A DNA stretch of 63,676 bases, counting the filler, from Actinobacteria bacterium UBA7524 (GTDB lineage Bacteria > Actinomycetota > Coriobacteriia > Anaerosomatales > UBA912), in the NCBI GenBank assembly GCA_002478275.1. It is 7 parts of 6 records of this genome, joined end to end, with 100 filler letters (N's around TTAATTAATTAA, not from the genome) between each part and the next. Parts side by side here need not be neighbours in the genome. Positions count along the whole stretch, not along the records: positions 37,376 to 49,081 come from DLMY01000003.1; positions 49,182 to 54,263 come from DLMY01000040.1; 5 more parts are not named here. The stretch is one strand, 5' to 3'. Made by a program: the position numbers and the translations under genes. The notes beneath the pieces are model-generated. The model was not told the DNA's origin, did not search any database, and saw only the letters and a list, made by a program, of their open reading frames with translations. Shown here one piece after another: positions 37,376-49,286 of this stretch (position 1 is the stretch's first letter; every line of letters starts with the position of its first letter).

Positions 37376-38919
37376 ACCTCGATGATCTTGTTCGCCACCG
37401 CCCTGATCAGATGGCGGTCGTGCGTGATCAGGACCAGGGTGCCGGTGAACCGTTCGAGCGCCTGCTCGAGCACATCGCTCGAGGCGATGTCCAGGTGGTT
37501 GGTGGGTTCGTCCAGACACAGCAGCGGAGCGGGCTTGACGAGCATCTTCGCAAGCGCCAACCGGCATCGTTCGCCGCCCGAGAGCACGGAGACCTTCTTG
37601 TCCACGTCATCGCCACTGAACAGGAAAGCCCCCAAAAGGGAACGGACCTGCGCCTGGGTCCATCCGGGTGCGACCGAGTCGACCTCATCGAACACGCGCT
37701 TACGCACGTCGAGGGCCTCGAGTTGGTGCTGCGCGAAGTAAGCCACCGAGACATTGTGCCCGAGTTCGCGCTGACCGGAATCAGGGTCGAGTACTCCAGC
37801 AAGCATCCTGAGCAGGGTGGACTTGCCCGCGCCGTTGGGACCCACAAGAGCGACCTTGTCACCGCGATACAGCGTCAGGTCCAGATCGTGGTAGACGACG
37901 TTGTCGCCGTACGCCTTGCCGACACCCTCGAGTGCGATGACTCGCTCCCCCGTCCGCACCGGCTGAGGAAACGCGAACTTGACCTCCTTGCGCCCCTCGG
38001 GAAGCTCGACGAGCTGGGCTTTGATCTTCTCGATCCGCCTGATGCGGTCCTGAGCCGCCTTCGCCTTGGTGTTCTTGTAGCGGAAGCGGTCGACGAAGAC
38101 CTGCATGTGTGCGATCTCCTTGAGCTGCGCCTCGCGGGTCTTGGCCATCTGCTCCAACGCGAGCTCCCGGGCGGCGAGGTACTCGCGATAGCCGCCCGTG
38201 TACTGGATGACGCGCCGCTCGGAGATCTCGGCCACGTGGTCCACGAATCCTTCTATGAACGCGCGGTCGTGGCTGACAAGGACGATGGCGCCCTCATACG
38301 TGCGCAAGAAGCTTTCCAGCCACGTCACCGATTCCAGGTCGAGGTGGTTGGTGGGCTCGTCGAGCAGAAGGACGTCCGGACCACCGAGCAGGAGTTTGGC
38401 AAGCGCAAGCCGCATGAGCCAACCGCCGGAGAACTCGTCCACGCCACGGGAGAGGTCCGATTCCCTGAAGCCCAGCCCGGTGAGTATCGTGCGGGCCTCC
38501 ACTTCGACCGAGTAGCCGCCCGCGTGCTCGAACCTCTCGCGCAAGCGCCCGTACTCGGCAAGCAGCCGCCGCTGAGAGTCCTCGTCGGTCTCCTCGGCGA
38601 TCTGGGTCTCCAGCATGCCCAGCCGGTGCTCGAGGGTCGAGATATCAGCTGCCGAGGACAGCGCTTCGGACAGCACGTCCCGGCCGTGCATCTCGATGGC
38701 TTCCTGACGCAAATAGCCGACTGCGGCGTCGCGCGCGACGGTCACCGTGCCCGAATCGGGAGATTGGATGCCGGCGAGGATCTCGAGCAGCGTGGTCTTG
38801 CCCGAGCCGTTCGGGCCCACGAGCGCCAGACGGTCACGGGCGCCGACCCGCAAGCTGGCGTCGGCGAACAGGACCCGGGAGCCGAAGGTCTTGGTGAGAT
38901 TGTCAGCGGAGATGATCAC
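37376..38919 (-). CDS. ABC-F family ATP-binding protein, 3' truncated
   Basis: Two ABC domains ([22 protein letters not shown] and [22 protein letters not shown]) and no TM segments. Confidence 0.93.
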
Positions 38920-38992
38920 AGCGAGTCAGTCTACCAGCCGTGGCGCCTCAGCACGAAAGCCGCGGCGAGCAACGAAGGTGCACGCAAGGCAA

Positions 38993-39355
38993 CTATGGAA
39001 GCCGTCCGACTGCCTCTCGCATCTGATCGAAATGCTGAGTCACCAGATCCGATGGTGCTCCCCAGCCCTGGGCCTCGCCCTCCAGGACCTCGATCGCCCT
39101 AACGAGGTCTTCGGCGGCCGGATCGTCCCATTCGAGTCCGCACTCCTTGAAACACAGGCGCACGGACTCCAGTACGGTGCGCCGCATCTCGCGCTGGATG
39201 GTCAAGTCGTCGACGATCGACGGTATCCTGCGGTCGGGAATCGTGTGCAGCCGCAGACAACACTCGACCAGCAGGTCACGCGCGCGCCCAGGGGTCATCG
39301 CATCCAGTTCGCTCTCGCGAATGACCCAGTGGCCACCAACTTGCCGCTGCTCCAC
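38993..39355 (-). CDS. Hypothetical small helical protein
   Basis: 120-aa ORF filling the intergenic space, with a plausible SD and an amphipathic pattern; no recognisable motif. Confidence 0.55.
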   Translation of the reverse strand: MEQRQVGGHWVIRESELDAMTPGRARDLLVECCLRLHTIPDRRIPSIVDDLTIQREMRRTVLESVRLCFKECGLEWDDPAAEDLVRAIEVLEGEAQGWGAPSDLVTQHFDQMREAVGRLP

Positions 39356-39607
39356 CCTCTGCTCCCATCCGTGCGTAGTCCCCTCGGCCCCTCAACCGGG
39401 TGACTGCCCTACTGCGCGGATAGCGCCGGTCCGCTCAGGAATCATAAGACAAATGTACTCTGTCGAATAACGTATACCACAGTTCTGACATTGCAGCGAA
39501 ACCTGCCGGATTCCCGCCGACGGAGGGTCAGAATACGAAACGGGACCCCTCTCGGAGTCCCGCTCATTCACTCAAGAGCGTGTCGTCGCGACCGCTCTGC
39601 TGTCACA

Positions 39608-39682
39608 TGGTGGGCGATACTGGATTTGAACCAGTGACTTCTACCGTGTGAAGGTAGCACTCTCCCGCTGAGTTAATCGCCC
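39608..39682 (-). tRNA. tRNA-Val(CAC)
   Basis: Minus strand GGGCGAT...ATCGCCCACCA; anticodon arm CTACC-TTCACAC-GGTAG. Confidence 0.96.
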
Positions 39683-39774
39683 TCATACCGCCTCAGACAC
39701 CACATCATCCCGAGACAACGAAAGACATTCTAGCATCTTCACGCACACGCGAAAGTCCCCGTTCACACGCAACA

Positions 39775-40773
39775 TCACGACCCGGCACCCGCGTACCCGC
39801 TCGGATGCGAGGAGTGCCATCGCCACGCGTCCGCGACGATCTGCGCAAGATCCCCATGCCGAGGAGCCCACCCGAGCTCCTCACCCGCGCGCTTCGCGGA
39901 CGCCACCAGGCGTGCCGGATCCCCCGCACGGCGCGGCCCCAGGACGACTTCGACATCGTGGCCGGTCTCCTCGGCACATGCGCGGACGACCTCAAGGTTG
40001 CTGTATCCCTCGCCGTTGCCGAGGTTGTAGACGCCGCCCGGCCCGCCCGCGACCAGGCGCTCGAGTGCGAGTTGATGTGCTTCGGCCAGGTCACAGACGT
40101 GGATGTAGTCGCGCACGCACGTACCGTCAGGCGTGGGGTAATCGCTGCCGAAGACCTCGAAGCGCCCCTGCCCCGCCCCCATCGCGAACAGGATGCGCGG
40201 GATGATGTGCGTCTCAGGCGCGTGCGCCTCGCCGATCGAACCGTCGGGCCACGCACCGGCGACGTTGAAGTAACGCAGCCGCACCGCGCGAGTCCCGTGG
40301 GCGACGGCCGCCCAGTCGAGCAGCTGTTCGAACGCGAGCTTGCTCAGCCCGTAGGCGTTCACCGGGCGCGTCAGGGAGTCCTCGGTGAGCAGATCGGTGT
40401 CGGTGTCGGGCTCGCCGTAGACCGCCGCTGTCGAGGAGAACACGATCGCCCCCACGCCATGATCGCGCATCGCCTCGAGCATCACCGCGGGTTGCGAGAC
40501 GTTGTGCTCGAAGTACTTCGCGGGGTGCCGCTGCGACTCGGCGACCTCGATCAGGCCGGCCAGGTGCATCACCGCGTCGCAACCGGGCAGGCACTCGTCG
40601 AGCTTCTCGCGCTGCCCCACGCTGCCGACCACCAGCGTCGCCCGAGGATCGACCGCGGCGGGGTGCCCACGCTCAAGCGAATCGAGCACCACGCACTCGT
40701 GTCCCGCGTCGAGCAGGAGACGTGCGGTTATCGACCCGATGTATCCGGCTCCTCCGGTGACGAGGACACGCAT
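39775..40773 (-). CDS. galE: UDP-glucose 4-epimerase
   Basis: VTGGAGYIGS, FSSTAAVYG, YGLSK, LRYFNVAGA and DGTCVRDYIHV. Confidence 0.95.
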   Translation of the reverse strand: MRVLVTGGAGYIGSITARLLLDAGHECVVLDSLERGHPAAVDPRATLVVGSVGQREKLDECLPGCDAVMHLAGLIEVAESQRHPAKYFEHNVSQPAVMLEAMRDHGVGAIVFSSTAAVYGEPDTDTDLLTEDSLTRPVNAYGLSKLAFEQLLDWAAVAHGTRAVRLRYFNVAGAWPDGSIGEAHAPETHIIPRILFAMGAGQGRFEVFGSDYPTPDGTCVRDYIHVCDLAEAHQLALERLVAGGPGGVYNLGNGEGYSNLEVVRACAEETGHDVEVVLGPRRAGDPARLVASAKRAGEELGWAPRHGDLAQIVADAWRWHSSHPSGYAGAGS

Positions 40774-40784
40774 GCAGGCCTCCC

Positions 40785-41891
40785 TTATGTCAGCGGGGTC
40801 ACGCCACGCCTCAGGATTCGGACGATGCGCTCCGAGACCGCCCTGTCCCAGCGCTTCGGAGTGACCCACGCGCGCTTGGCCTCTCGCGCCTCCGCCACAC
40901 ACGCCGAAATCGCCCGAGGATCCGCTTCACACAGCCTGTTGGCCCCCACCTTGATCGTGGCGGTGTGCTCTGTGGTCGGACGCACCGTCACGCATGGCGT
41001 CCCGATCGTACACGATTCCTCCTGCACACCACCCGAGTCCGTCACCACCACAGCCGCATCACGCTGCAGCGCGAGCATCTCGAGATACCCCACGCGCTCG
41101 CTGACCATGAGCGCGGGCGGCGCGTCGATACCCCATTCCTCCATCGCCGAGGAGAACCCGTTCGTGTCGGGAAGGACCACGCTCAGGCCCAGATAGCCGA
41201 GCCCGGCGACGATGTTGGCGAAACGTTCTTGCGAACGCAGGTTCTCCGGGCGGTGGAACGACGCGAGGACATACATACCGGCCTCCACCCCGTACTTCGG
41301 AAGCGAATCGAGTCTGGCGATGTCGTCCATATGCCGCAAGACGGACTCGGCCATCATGTTGCCCACGAAATGGATGCGGTCGGTGGACACCCCTTCGGCT
41401 TCGAGATTCTCCATGCTCTCCTCGGTGGAAGTGAGATGGAGCGAGGCGATGTGAGAGATGAGGACGCGGTTGACTTCCTCGGGCACGGTCATGTCACCGC
41501 AGCGCAGTCCTGCCTCCAGGTGGACGAGCGGGAGATGCAGTTTCGCCGCCGCGATGGCTGCCGCCAGGGTGGGATTCACGTCGCCAACGGCGAGTACGGC
41601 ATCCGGGCATTCGGCGGCGAAGAGCTCCTCGAGCGCGATGAGCGCCTTGCCGGTCTGGACACCGTCCGTCGCCGCACCAGCGTCGAGGAACCACCGGGGT
41701 GTCGGGAACGGGACACCGAAGAATGTGAGCTCGGCGGCGTGTCCGCTGGAGTACAACGTCCCCTGGCGCTCGGCCTCGCGCGAACCGGTGAACGCCACGT
41801 CGTACGAGATGCCGGCGCGCTGGAGGTGCGGAAGCAGCGGCCCGACCTTCACGAGGTTCGGACGCGCTCCCACGACGATCAGCAATCGCAC
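40785..41891 (-). CDS. wecB: UDP-N-acetylglucosamine 2-epimerase (non-hydrolysing)
   Basis: GARPN, HLEAGLR, PEEVNR, HRPEN and TDSGGVQEE; GTG follows GGAGG. Confidence 0.88.
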   Translation of the reverse strand: MRLLIVVGARPNLVKVGPLLPHLQRAGISYDVAFTGSREAERQGTLYSSGHAAELTFFGVPFPTPRWFLDAGAATDGVQTGKALIALEELFAAECPDAVLAVGDVNPTLAAAIAAAKLHLPLVHLEAGLRCGDMTVPEEVNRVLISHIASLHLTSTEESMENLEAEGVSTDRIHFVGNMMAESVLRHMDDIARLDSLPKYGVEAGMYVLASFHRPENLRSQERFANIVAGLGYLGLSVVLPDTNGFSSAMEEWGIDAPPALMVSERVGYLEMLALQRDAAVVVTDSGGVQEESCTIGTPCVTVRPTTEHTATIKVGANRLCEADPRAISACVAEAREAKRAWVTPKRWDRAVSERIVRILRRGVTPLT

Positions 41892-42058
41892 AGGGCAGAC
41901 CTCCAGGCATGTCGCGAGCGGGTATGGCAGCCGCGGCGCTTGAAGCGCAGCGGACGTCGCACCGGGGGGCACGGCGATGTAGGGATGCTACCCGAATAGC
42001 AGGCAGCTAAACGAACGGACTGACACCCTCTGAAGCCGCTATCACTTAGAATCATGTC

Positions 42059-42829
42059 ATGGCCTACGAAGAACACCCATGGATCCAACGCAGAGCTAAA
42101 CTCCTCGACTGTGTAGTGGATCCACTGGACATGGACGAATCCGTGCTCGCATGCTGCCGACTCATCGAGTCCTCGGTATGCGCGCATCACGTCAGCGTGA
42201 ACGCAGGGAAGCTGGTGCTGGCGCACGACGATCCTGAGCTGGCCTCGATCGTCGAACAGGCGGATCTGGTCAACGCTGACGGCCAGTCCGCGGTATGGGG
42301 GGCCCGCATGCTGGGCATCCCGGTTCCAGAGCGCGTCACAGGGATCGACCTGATGATGCGGCTCATCGGAGAGGCCGAGACGAGGGGGTGGCCGATATAC
42401 CTGTTAGGAGCGACGCAGGAGGTCTGCACACTCGCCGTCAAGGCGATCGAGTCTCGATATCCCAACGTCACCATAGCCGGCTTTCGTAACGGCTACTTCA
42501 GTGATGACGAGAGCGTCGCGAAAGATGTCTTAGCGTCCGGAGCGCGGTTACTCCTCGTCGGTATGCCTTCACCGCGAAAAGAGCACTTCATCCACGAACA
42601 AGCGGAAAGACTCGGGTCCCTGCTGGCTTTCGGAGTCGGAGGCAGCTTCGACATCCTCGCCGAGAAGACACGTCGCGCACCGAAATGGATGCAATCGGCT
42701 GGGCTGGAATGGTTCTACCGATTCACTCAGGAGCCCAGACGCATGTGGAGACGATACCTCGTGGGCAACGCCAGGTTCGTGCTTCTGCTCATACGGCAGA
42801 TGATCGTACGGTCCTCTCGCCCTCAGTAG
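42059..42829 (+). CDS. WecG/TagA/CpsF-family glycosyltransferase
   Basis: NADG, PERVTGIDL, VGMPSPRKE, GVGGSFD and RAPKWMQSAGLEW. Confidence 0.92.
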   Translation: MAYEEHPWIQRRAKLLDCVVDPLDMDESVLACCRLIESSVCAHHVSVNAGKLVLAHDDPELASIVEQADLVNADGQSAVWGARMLGIPVPERVTGIDLMMRLIGEAETRGWPIYLLGATQEVCTLAVKAIESRYPNVTIAGFRNGYFSDDESVAKDVLASGARLLLVGMPSPRKEHFIHEQAERLGSLLAFGVGGSFDILAEKTRRAPKWMQSAGLEWFYRFTQEPRRMWRRYLVGNARFVLLLIRQMIVRSSRPQ

Positions 42830-44301
42830 GCGCCGCGCGCAAGAAGGACTGCGGGAATCGTACGGATCATAAGTGAGATATCGAGTCCGACCGACCAGTT
42901 CTCGATGTAGAAGAGATCGAGCCTGACCATCTCATCGAACGTGAGTCGCGAGCGACCTGAGACTTGCCACAAGCCTGTCATCCCCGGAACGACCTCAAGA
43001 CGGCGCCAGTCGTGCATCGTGTACTCGGCGACTTCTCGGGGCAGAGGCGGTCGAGGACCGACAAGGCTCATCTCCCCCTTGAGCACATTGATGAGCTGCG
43101 GGAACTCATCGATTGAGAACTTGCGCATCCAACGCCCCACTGACGTCACTCTGGGATCATCATGCATCTTGAATATGGGTCCGCTCGCCTCGTTCCGCAA
43201 CTCCGTTAGACGATCCTCGGCATCGACCACCATGGAACGGAACTTGTACATCGCGAAGTACCTGCCGCGCCGACCGACCCGATCCTGACAGTAGAAGACT
43301 GGACCCTTGCTGGTGATCTTGATAGCGACCACGATGGCAATCCAGATGGGGAGACCGAACAGGATGACAAGCAAGGCAACGACTATGTCGAATACGCGCT
43401 TCGTCAACAGGTTGAGAGGCGTCAGGGCGATCCGCTTGACGGTGATGAGCGGCATGCCGCCGATCTCGCGGACGAGAACCCGGCTGGTCAGAACCTCAAA
43501 CAACCCCGAGGAGATGTGGATATCGACGTCGATACCGCGCAGTTCACCGATCATCCGCGCCAGGACATCATGGTCGAAGGCGCTAGACGCTATGATCACT
43601 GTGTCTACCGCGTGCTCGTCGATCACAGACCTCAGTTCGCGGGCATCGCCCAAGCAGGGCACATCATCGGCACACCAGTCCAGAGCCAGTTTCTCCGCCT
43701 GGGACGAGGCAAGACAGCCAATGGGCACCAAACCATGTGCAAGCGAACCCCGAAGGGTTCTGAGGATGTCTGCTGCCTCCGCATTCGACCCGACGATCAG
43801 TGTCGCTTTTCTCATACTGCCCTTGCGCCTGCGCGACTCTATCCACCAGCGGATCAGCAAGCGGCCGGATACCACCAAGACGACGGCGGAAGACCACACA
43901 AGCAGGGTCCATGCGCGAGAGAGTCCTTCAAGCTTCAATACGTATGTCAGAAGCAGCAAGGCCACGAGCCCGACCGACAAGGCACGGATCACACGCCGGA
44001 TCTCGCCAGTACCCCATGAGAGGCGCTCCATGTCGTACAGACCCTCGGACCAAAGCATCAACACCCATAAGGGTACGAGGAGTAGCCCGACCTCGAGGAA
44101 CTGTACCTCGGACTCCACGCCCTCGAAAGCAACGTACTGTATGAGGGACCCGAAACGCAGGAAGGTGGCAAGCAGTGCCGCGGCTAGAATCGCAAAGGAA
44201 TCGGCGGCAAGTAACGATGCGATCACACGCCGACGACGAGCAATGCGTAAGCTGCCGCTTGACGCCGTCTGTCCCTTCGCGACGATTCGCTCCTGAACCA
44301 C
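42823..44301 (-). CDS. Polyprenyl-phosphate priming sugar transferase (WcaJ/CpsE-like)
   Basis: N-terminal TM bundle and a C-terminal Bac_transf domain: KRVFDI, YKFRSM, DEFPQL, GEMSLVGPRP, PGMTGLWQVSGR. Confidence 0.93.
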   Translation of the reverse strand: MVQERIVAKGQTASSGSLRIARRRRVIASLLAADSFAILAAALLATFLRFGSLIQYVAFEGVESEVQFLEVGLLLVPLWVLMLWSEGLYDMERLSWGTGEIRRVIRALSVGLVALLLLTYVLKLEGLSRAWTLLVWSSAVVLVVSGRLLIRWWIESRRRKGSMRKATLIVGSNAEAADILRTLRGSLAHGLVPIGCLASSQAEKLALDWCADDVPCLGDARELRSVIDEHAVDTVIIASSAFDHDVLARMIGELRGIDVDIHISSGLFEVLTSRVLVREIGGMPLITVKRIALTPLNLLTKRVFDIVVALLVILFGLPIWIAIVVAIKITSKGPVFYCQDRVGRRGRYFAMYKFRSMVVDAEDRLTELRNEASGPIFKMHDDPRVTSVGRWMRKFSIDEFPQLINVLKGEMSLVGPRPPLPREVAEYTMHDWRRLEVVPGMTGLWQVSGRSRLTFDEMVRLDLFYIENWSVGLDISLMIRTIPAVLLARGAY

Positions 44302-44552
44302 TCACTGATCCCTTCGGGCGACATGCGCCTGAGTGCAAATTCTACCAATAGCCGCAGCATAGCACGCTTTCCGACAGGCGGAGTCAAATGGCAGACCAGC
44401 GGTCACAGATTCTGTGTTCTTGCTCACAGTCACCCTCATGAAGAGCTGAGTCCCCGCCGACAATTACTACTAGACGCGTTGGGTGCGCGTCTGTTGGCGT
44501 ATGGACGGGAAGTCGCCGCTTAGGTGGGCGGCCATAGCCGGAGGTGTAGACG

Positions 44553-47500
44553 GTGGTATCTGCAATCTCGCGTGGGCGATGGGGTGTGGGTCTCTCGGTG
44601 GCCCTCGTGCTTCTCGCCTACGTCGCTCTAGGTGCGCCGGGTCTCGGCATCGCGAGCGGAACCGGTCCCTCTCCCCTCGATGAATACCGCTGGACGACAG
44701 ACATCGGAGCGGGACGAAGCGCAATGCCGTGGGGTCTCGCACTCGACTCCGCAGAGAACGTCTACATCCTCGAAGACACCCAGATCGCCAAGTACGCCGC
44801 AGAAGGCAGTACCTCCACACCCGTCGCCACGTTCGACACTTCCGACTCCGGCGCCACTCCGGCAGACCTGAGCTACCCCGAACACCTCGCGGTGGACTCG
44901 AACGGCCGCATGGTCGTTGCCGATACCGGCAACGATAGGCTCATGATCATCAGTGGCGACGGTTCGTTTGTGCGCAGCATCAATTCTTTCGGCGAAGGAG
45001 AGAGTGGCGGCTACCTGGCCCAGCCTTATGGTGTGACGGTGGATGCGTACGACAACATCTACGTCTCCGACACCTACAACGACAAGATGCAGGTTTACAC
45101 GTCGGGCGGAGGTTGGCTGCGTGGGTGGGATGTTGCAGGCGACATCCCAAGCCCCGACGGCGTGTGGGTCGACGACGACCAGAACGTATGGGTCACGTGT
45201 TCGTACTCGGACGAGATTCGCAAGTACAGCTCGACCGGCACGCTGCTGGCAACCATCTCTTCATGGAACGACGGCGGGCAGACGAACTACTTCAACGGCC
45301 CGCTGGGCATCACGGTTGATGACGAAGGCACGATCTATGTGGCTGACACCTTCAACAACAGGATCGTCATCTTCCGGCAGGACCTCGGTGAGATCAGCTT
45401 CGTCCAGTCATTCGGTACGTACGGCACCGGACATGGACAGTTCATGTGGCCGTATGACTTGCGGGTGGACGCTGCCGGTAACCTTTACGTCGCCGACAAC
45501 GGAAACGAGCGAGTGCAGTTCCTGCGATACATCCCCGATTCCACGGATGAGACTCCACCTACCACGACATCGAACATACCGACCTCGTGGGTCAAAGCCC
45601 CCTTCAACCTCACGCTCACCGGTGACGACGGCGAAGGCGGCTCAGGTGTAGCGAACACGTACTATTCCCTCGACGGCACCTACCCGTCGACTCGCTATAC
45701 AGGACCCGTCACCGTCTCCCAACACGGTGAATACACAGTCAAGTACTACTCGGTGGACATCGCCGCCAACGAAGAGACTCCCACAACGGAGCTACTGCGA
45801 GTGGACGGCATCCCGCCAGAGACGACCTCGACCGTGCAACCGCTGTATTTCGGCCAGGCCGTGATCGATCTCATCCCAAGCGATGAACACTCCGGAATCC
45901 GGGAGACGTGGTACAAGCTCAACAACGGGCCACAGACAGTAGGCACCAAGGTCATCACCTCCCTGCTCGCCACACAGCACAAGCTCGAGTTCTGGTCAGA
46001 GGACCACGCAGGCAACCTCGAACCTGTCAAGACCGTCTACTTCGCAGTCGAGCCGGTCGATGACGAACCCCCCGTGACTTCGTCCAACATCACCCCTAAC
46101 TACTGGTACCGGGAGAACTTCCAGGTCAGCCTGAATGCTCAGGATCCGATCACCGGAGTGGACGTCACCTACTATTCCACGGACGGCACCACACCTACCG
46201 TTGAGTACACGGCGCCCTTTTGGGTCACATACGAAGGAATCACTCCTGTGAAGTTCTATTCCATCGACAAGAGAGGCAACGCCGAGACGGTCAAGTCCAT
46301 CGACCTGAGGATCGACAAGACCGCGCCGGTCACCGGCATCACCATCCCAGAGAGCATCGTGGACTCGGGCACGGTGATACTGACTCCCACCGACAGCCTA
46401 TCCGGAGTCCAGTCGACCTGGTACAAGGTCAACGGAGGGGCGTTGCAGGAGGGGACGTCCATACACATCTCCGGCGTCGGCAACCACACTGTCGAGTTCT
46501 GGTCCGTAGACTTCGCAAGCAACACCGAGAACGCCAAGGTGCGAAACGTCACTATCCTGCCCGTCGACAACGACCCACCCGAGACAGAGTCCAATGTCCC
46601 GCCGGGCTGGACGACAGCTCCTTTCTACCTGGAGTTCTTCCCATGGGACGAGGTCTCGGGTGTTGCAGCCACGTACTACTCCATCGACGGGACCACGCCG
46701 ACAGTCGAGTATACCGAAGGTGAGGTCGTCACAATCACGCCTCCCGGCGCCCACACGATCAAGTTCTACTCGGTAGACACGCGCGGCAACGTCGAACCGG
46801 TCATCACACAGATCCTGACACTCGATGGCCAGGCGCCGGTGACCTACTCTGACAACATCGGGCTCTACATCGAGTCGGCGACCATTAGGCTTTACGCAAG
46901 CGACGATCGCTCCGGCGTGTCCCAGACACGATGGCGCTATGGCACGAGCGGTAACTGGAACTTGGGCAATACGATCGTCCAGAACACGTATGGTGACTAT
47001 ACGCTTCAGTTCTACTCGATCGATGCGGCCGGTAACAACGAGGCCATACACACCGAGTATTTCTCGGTGATGCCGCCCGACACCGAGCCACCGGTCACGA
47101 CCTCGGACATCCCCGAGGGATGGCAGACGTCGAACGTCACGGTAAGCCTCACGGCGACCGATGCCGTTTCGGACGTGGCAGCCACGTTCTACTCGATCAA
47201 CGACGGCCAGTACCAGACGTATGAGACACCGTTCACCATCACCGCCGAGGGCTCCACCAAGATCATGTACTTCTCCCGCGACACACGAAACAACACCGAA
47301 AACGCAATCACCGAATACGTGCGCATCGACCGCACCAAGCCTGTGACGACCTCCGACAACGGAGGCAGCTATCAGGGCGAGGCCGTGATCAACCTCCTGC
47401 CCACCGACGCTCACTCAGGTGTCAAGGAGACCTGGTGGAAGGTGGACAGTGGCGCCTGGCAGAAGGGCACCGTCGCCACCAGCTCCATCTGGGGCTGGCA

Positions 47501-49081
47501 CACCCTGTATTACTACTCGGTCGACAATGCGGGACATGTAGAGACGACGAAGTCGGAGTCGTTCAGGGTGCGGCTCGTGACGAACACGTACCAGGAGACG
47601 AATTCGAATCTGGTACTGCAGGGGCCGTGGACGACGGTGACCGGATCCGGCAACGGAGGCTCGTATGCGTGGGTTGCCTCAGCGGGTTCGAGATCCCACG
47701 TCTACTTCAATGGCGAGCGCATACAGTGGTATTCGCCCAAGGGGCCTGACTACGGCATAGCTAATGTGTACCTCAACGGCCAGTTCATGGGAGCGGTCGA
47801 TCTGTACAACAACGCACTCCAGACCGACCGAGCCGTTTGGGACTCTGGTCTCATCGACTACAGGTACAACATGCTAACAGTCGAATGGACTGGAACGAAG
47901 AATGCCGGAGCGACGGGAACTCGCATCGGCGCGGATCGCTTCAACGTCGACGGGGTGCTGGTCTTGGTTCCCGACGATCAGGCTCCGGTTACGACCTCCA
48001 ACGCACCGGCGGTTTGGGTGAACGCGTCACAGCTTGTGACGCTCACCTCTACCGATACGACCACCAATGTGGCAGCGACGTACTACTCGATCGATGGGTC
48101 GAACCCCACCTTGCTGTACACGGGACCGATCTCGGTGACGGCTGAGGGTACAACAATCGTCAAGTACTACTCCGTTGACTCGCGCGGGAATGCGGAGAGC
48201 GTCAAGACCGACTACGTGAGGATCGACCGCTCGCCGCCGATAACGACGAGCAATGCGCAGACGAACTACCTCGGCGCGGCAACCATCACGCTCTCCCCTT
48301 ATGACAACATCACGAGTGTTGCCTCGACGCACTGGCGCCTCGATGGCGGAGAGTGGCAGACTGGCACGACTGTCAGCGCGCCTTACGAGCTTGGTCAGCA
48401 CACCCTCGAGTGGTACTCGGTCGATACCGTAGGCAACACCGAGAGTATCAAGTCAGCGACATTCACCATGCTCGCTCGCCACGAGCAGACCGACTCGCGC
48501 ATCGTCTACAAGGGCACCTGGGGTACCGGCAACAACGTCAACCACTCAGGTGGTTCGTGGAAGTACGCCAACAGCGCCGGAGCGGTCGCCTACGTGGTCT
48601 TCGAAGGCACGCGCATCGACCTGATCGGCGCGAAGGGGCCGGACCATGGCGTAGCGCGTCTGCGGATCGATGGTGACTTCGCTGCGGATGTCGACTTCTA
48701 CTCCGCAAGCTATCAACGCGCACAGCGACTCAAGTCACTCACCGACCTCGAGTACGGCGAACACGTGCTCACAGTCGAATGGCTGCCGACCAAGAATCCA
48801 TCCTCGACAGGTTACATAGTGGGCATCGATGCGATCGATATAGTCGGCACCCTTGAGGCCGACACGGTCTCCCCCGTCACCGCCGATGACGCGCCTGAAG
48901 GCTGGGTCACCGGACCTGTCGACGTCACGCTGGTGTCAGCTGACGCCCACACCTACGTCACGGATACCTACTACCGAGCAAGCGGGGGTGAGAGTACACT
49001 CTACGTCTCGCCTATTGAAGTATCAGCTGAGGGCACCACGACGATTGAGTACTGGTCGGTCGACGCGGTAGGTAACACCGA
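44553..49081 (+). CDS. Large secreted surface protein: NHL propeller, at least 11 Ig-like (OmpL47/chitobiase-C-like) repeats and 2 CBM-like domains; 3' truncated
   Basis: Signal peptide; P.G..VD..G.IYVADT.N.R NHL repeats; repeated D..PP.T.S...SGV..TYYS.DG...YYSVD..GN.E units. Confidence 0.85.
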
Positions 49082-49195
49082 NNNNNNNNNNNNNNNNNNN
49101 NNNNNNNNNNNNNNNNNNNNNNNNNTTAATTAATTAANNNNNNNNNNNNNNNNNNNNNNNNNNNNNNNNNNNNNNNNNNNNGTCAAGCGTCATGA

Positions 49196-49258
49196 ATCTA
49201 ACGTTCTTTGGCTTCAGCTGCGCCGCGAAGCGGCGTCTGCTGGAAGCCAGGGTTAGCC
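49196..49258 (-). mobile_element. Integron attC recombination site (63 bp)
   Basis: Minus strand: R'' GGCTAAC, spacer CCTGG, L'' CTTCCAGC (extra C), core AGACGCCGCTTCGCGGCGCA, L' GCTGAAG, spacer CCAAAGAAC, R' GTTAGAT. It lies 28 bp after the helicase stop. Confidence 0.85.
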
Positions 49259-49286
49259 CCTTCACGGCAACCCTGAAGACAACACC

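Noticed and set aside
39447..39460. LexA box-like AAGACAAATGTACT upstream of the 38993 hypothetical gene
   Set aside because: Three mismatches to GAAC-N4-GTTC; too degenerate.
37411..41999. Long antisense ORFs (37411..39102, 39805..41196, 40965..41999, and similarly 21160..22482)
   Set aside because: Shadow ORFs opposite well-supported genes, expected from high-GC codon bias.
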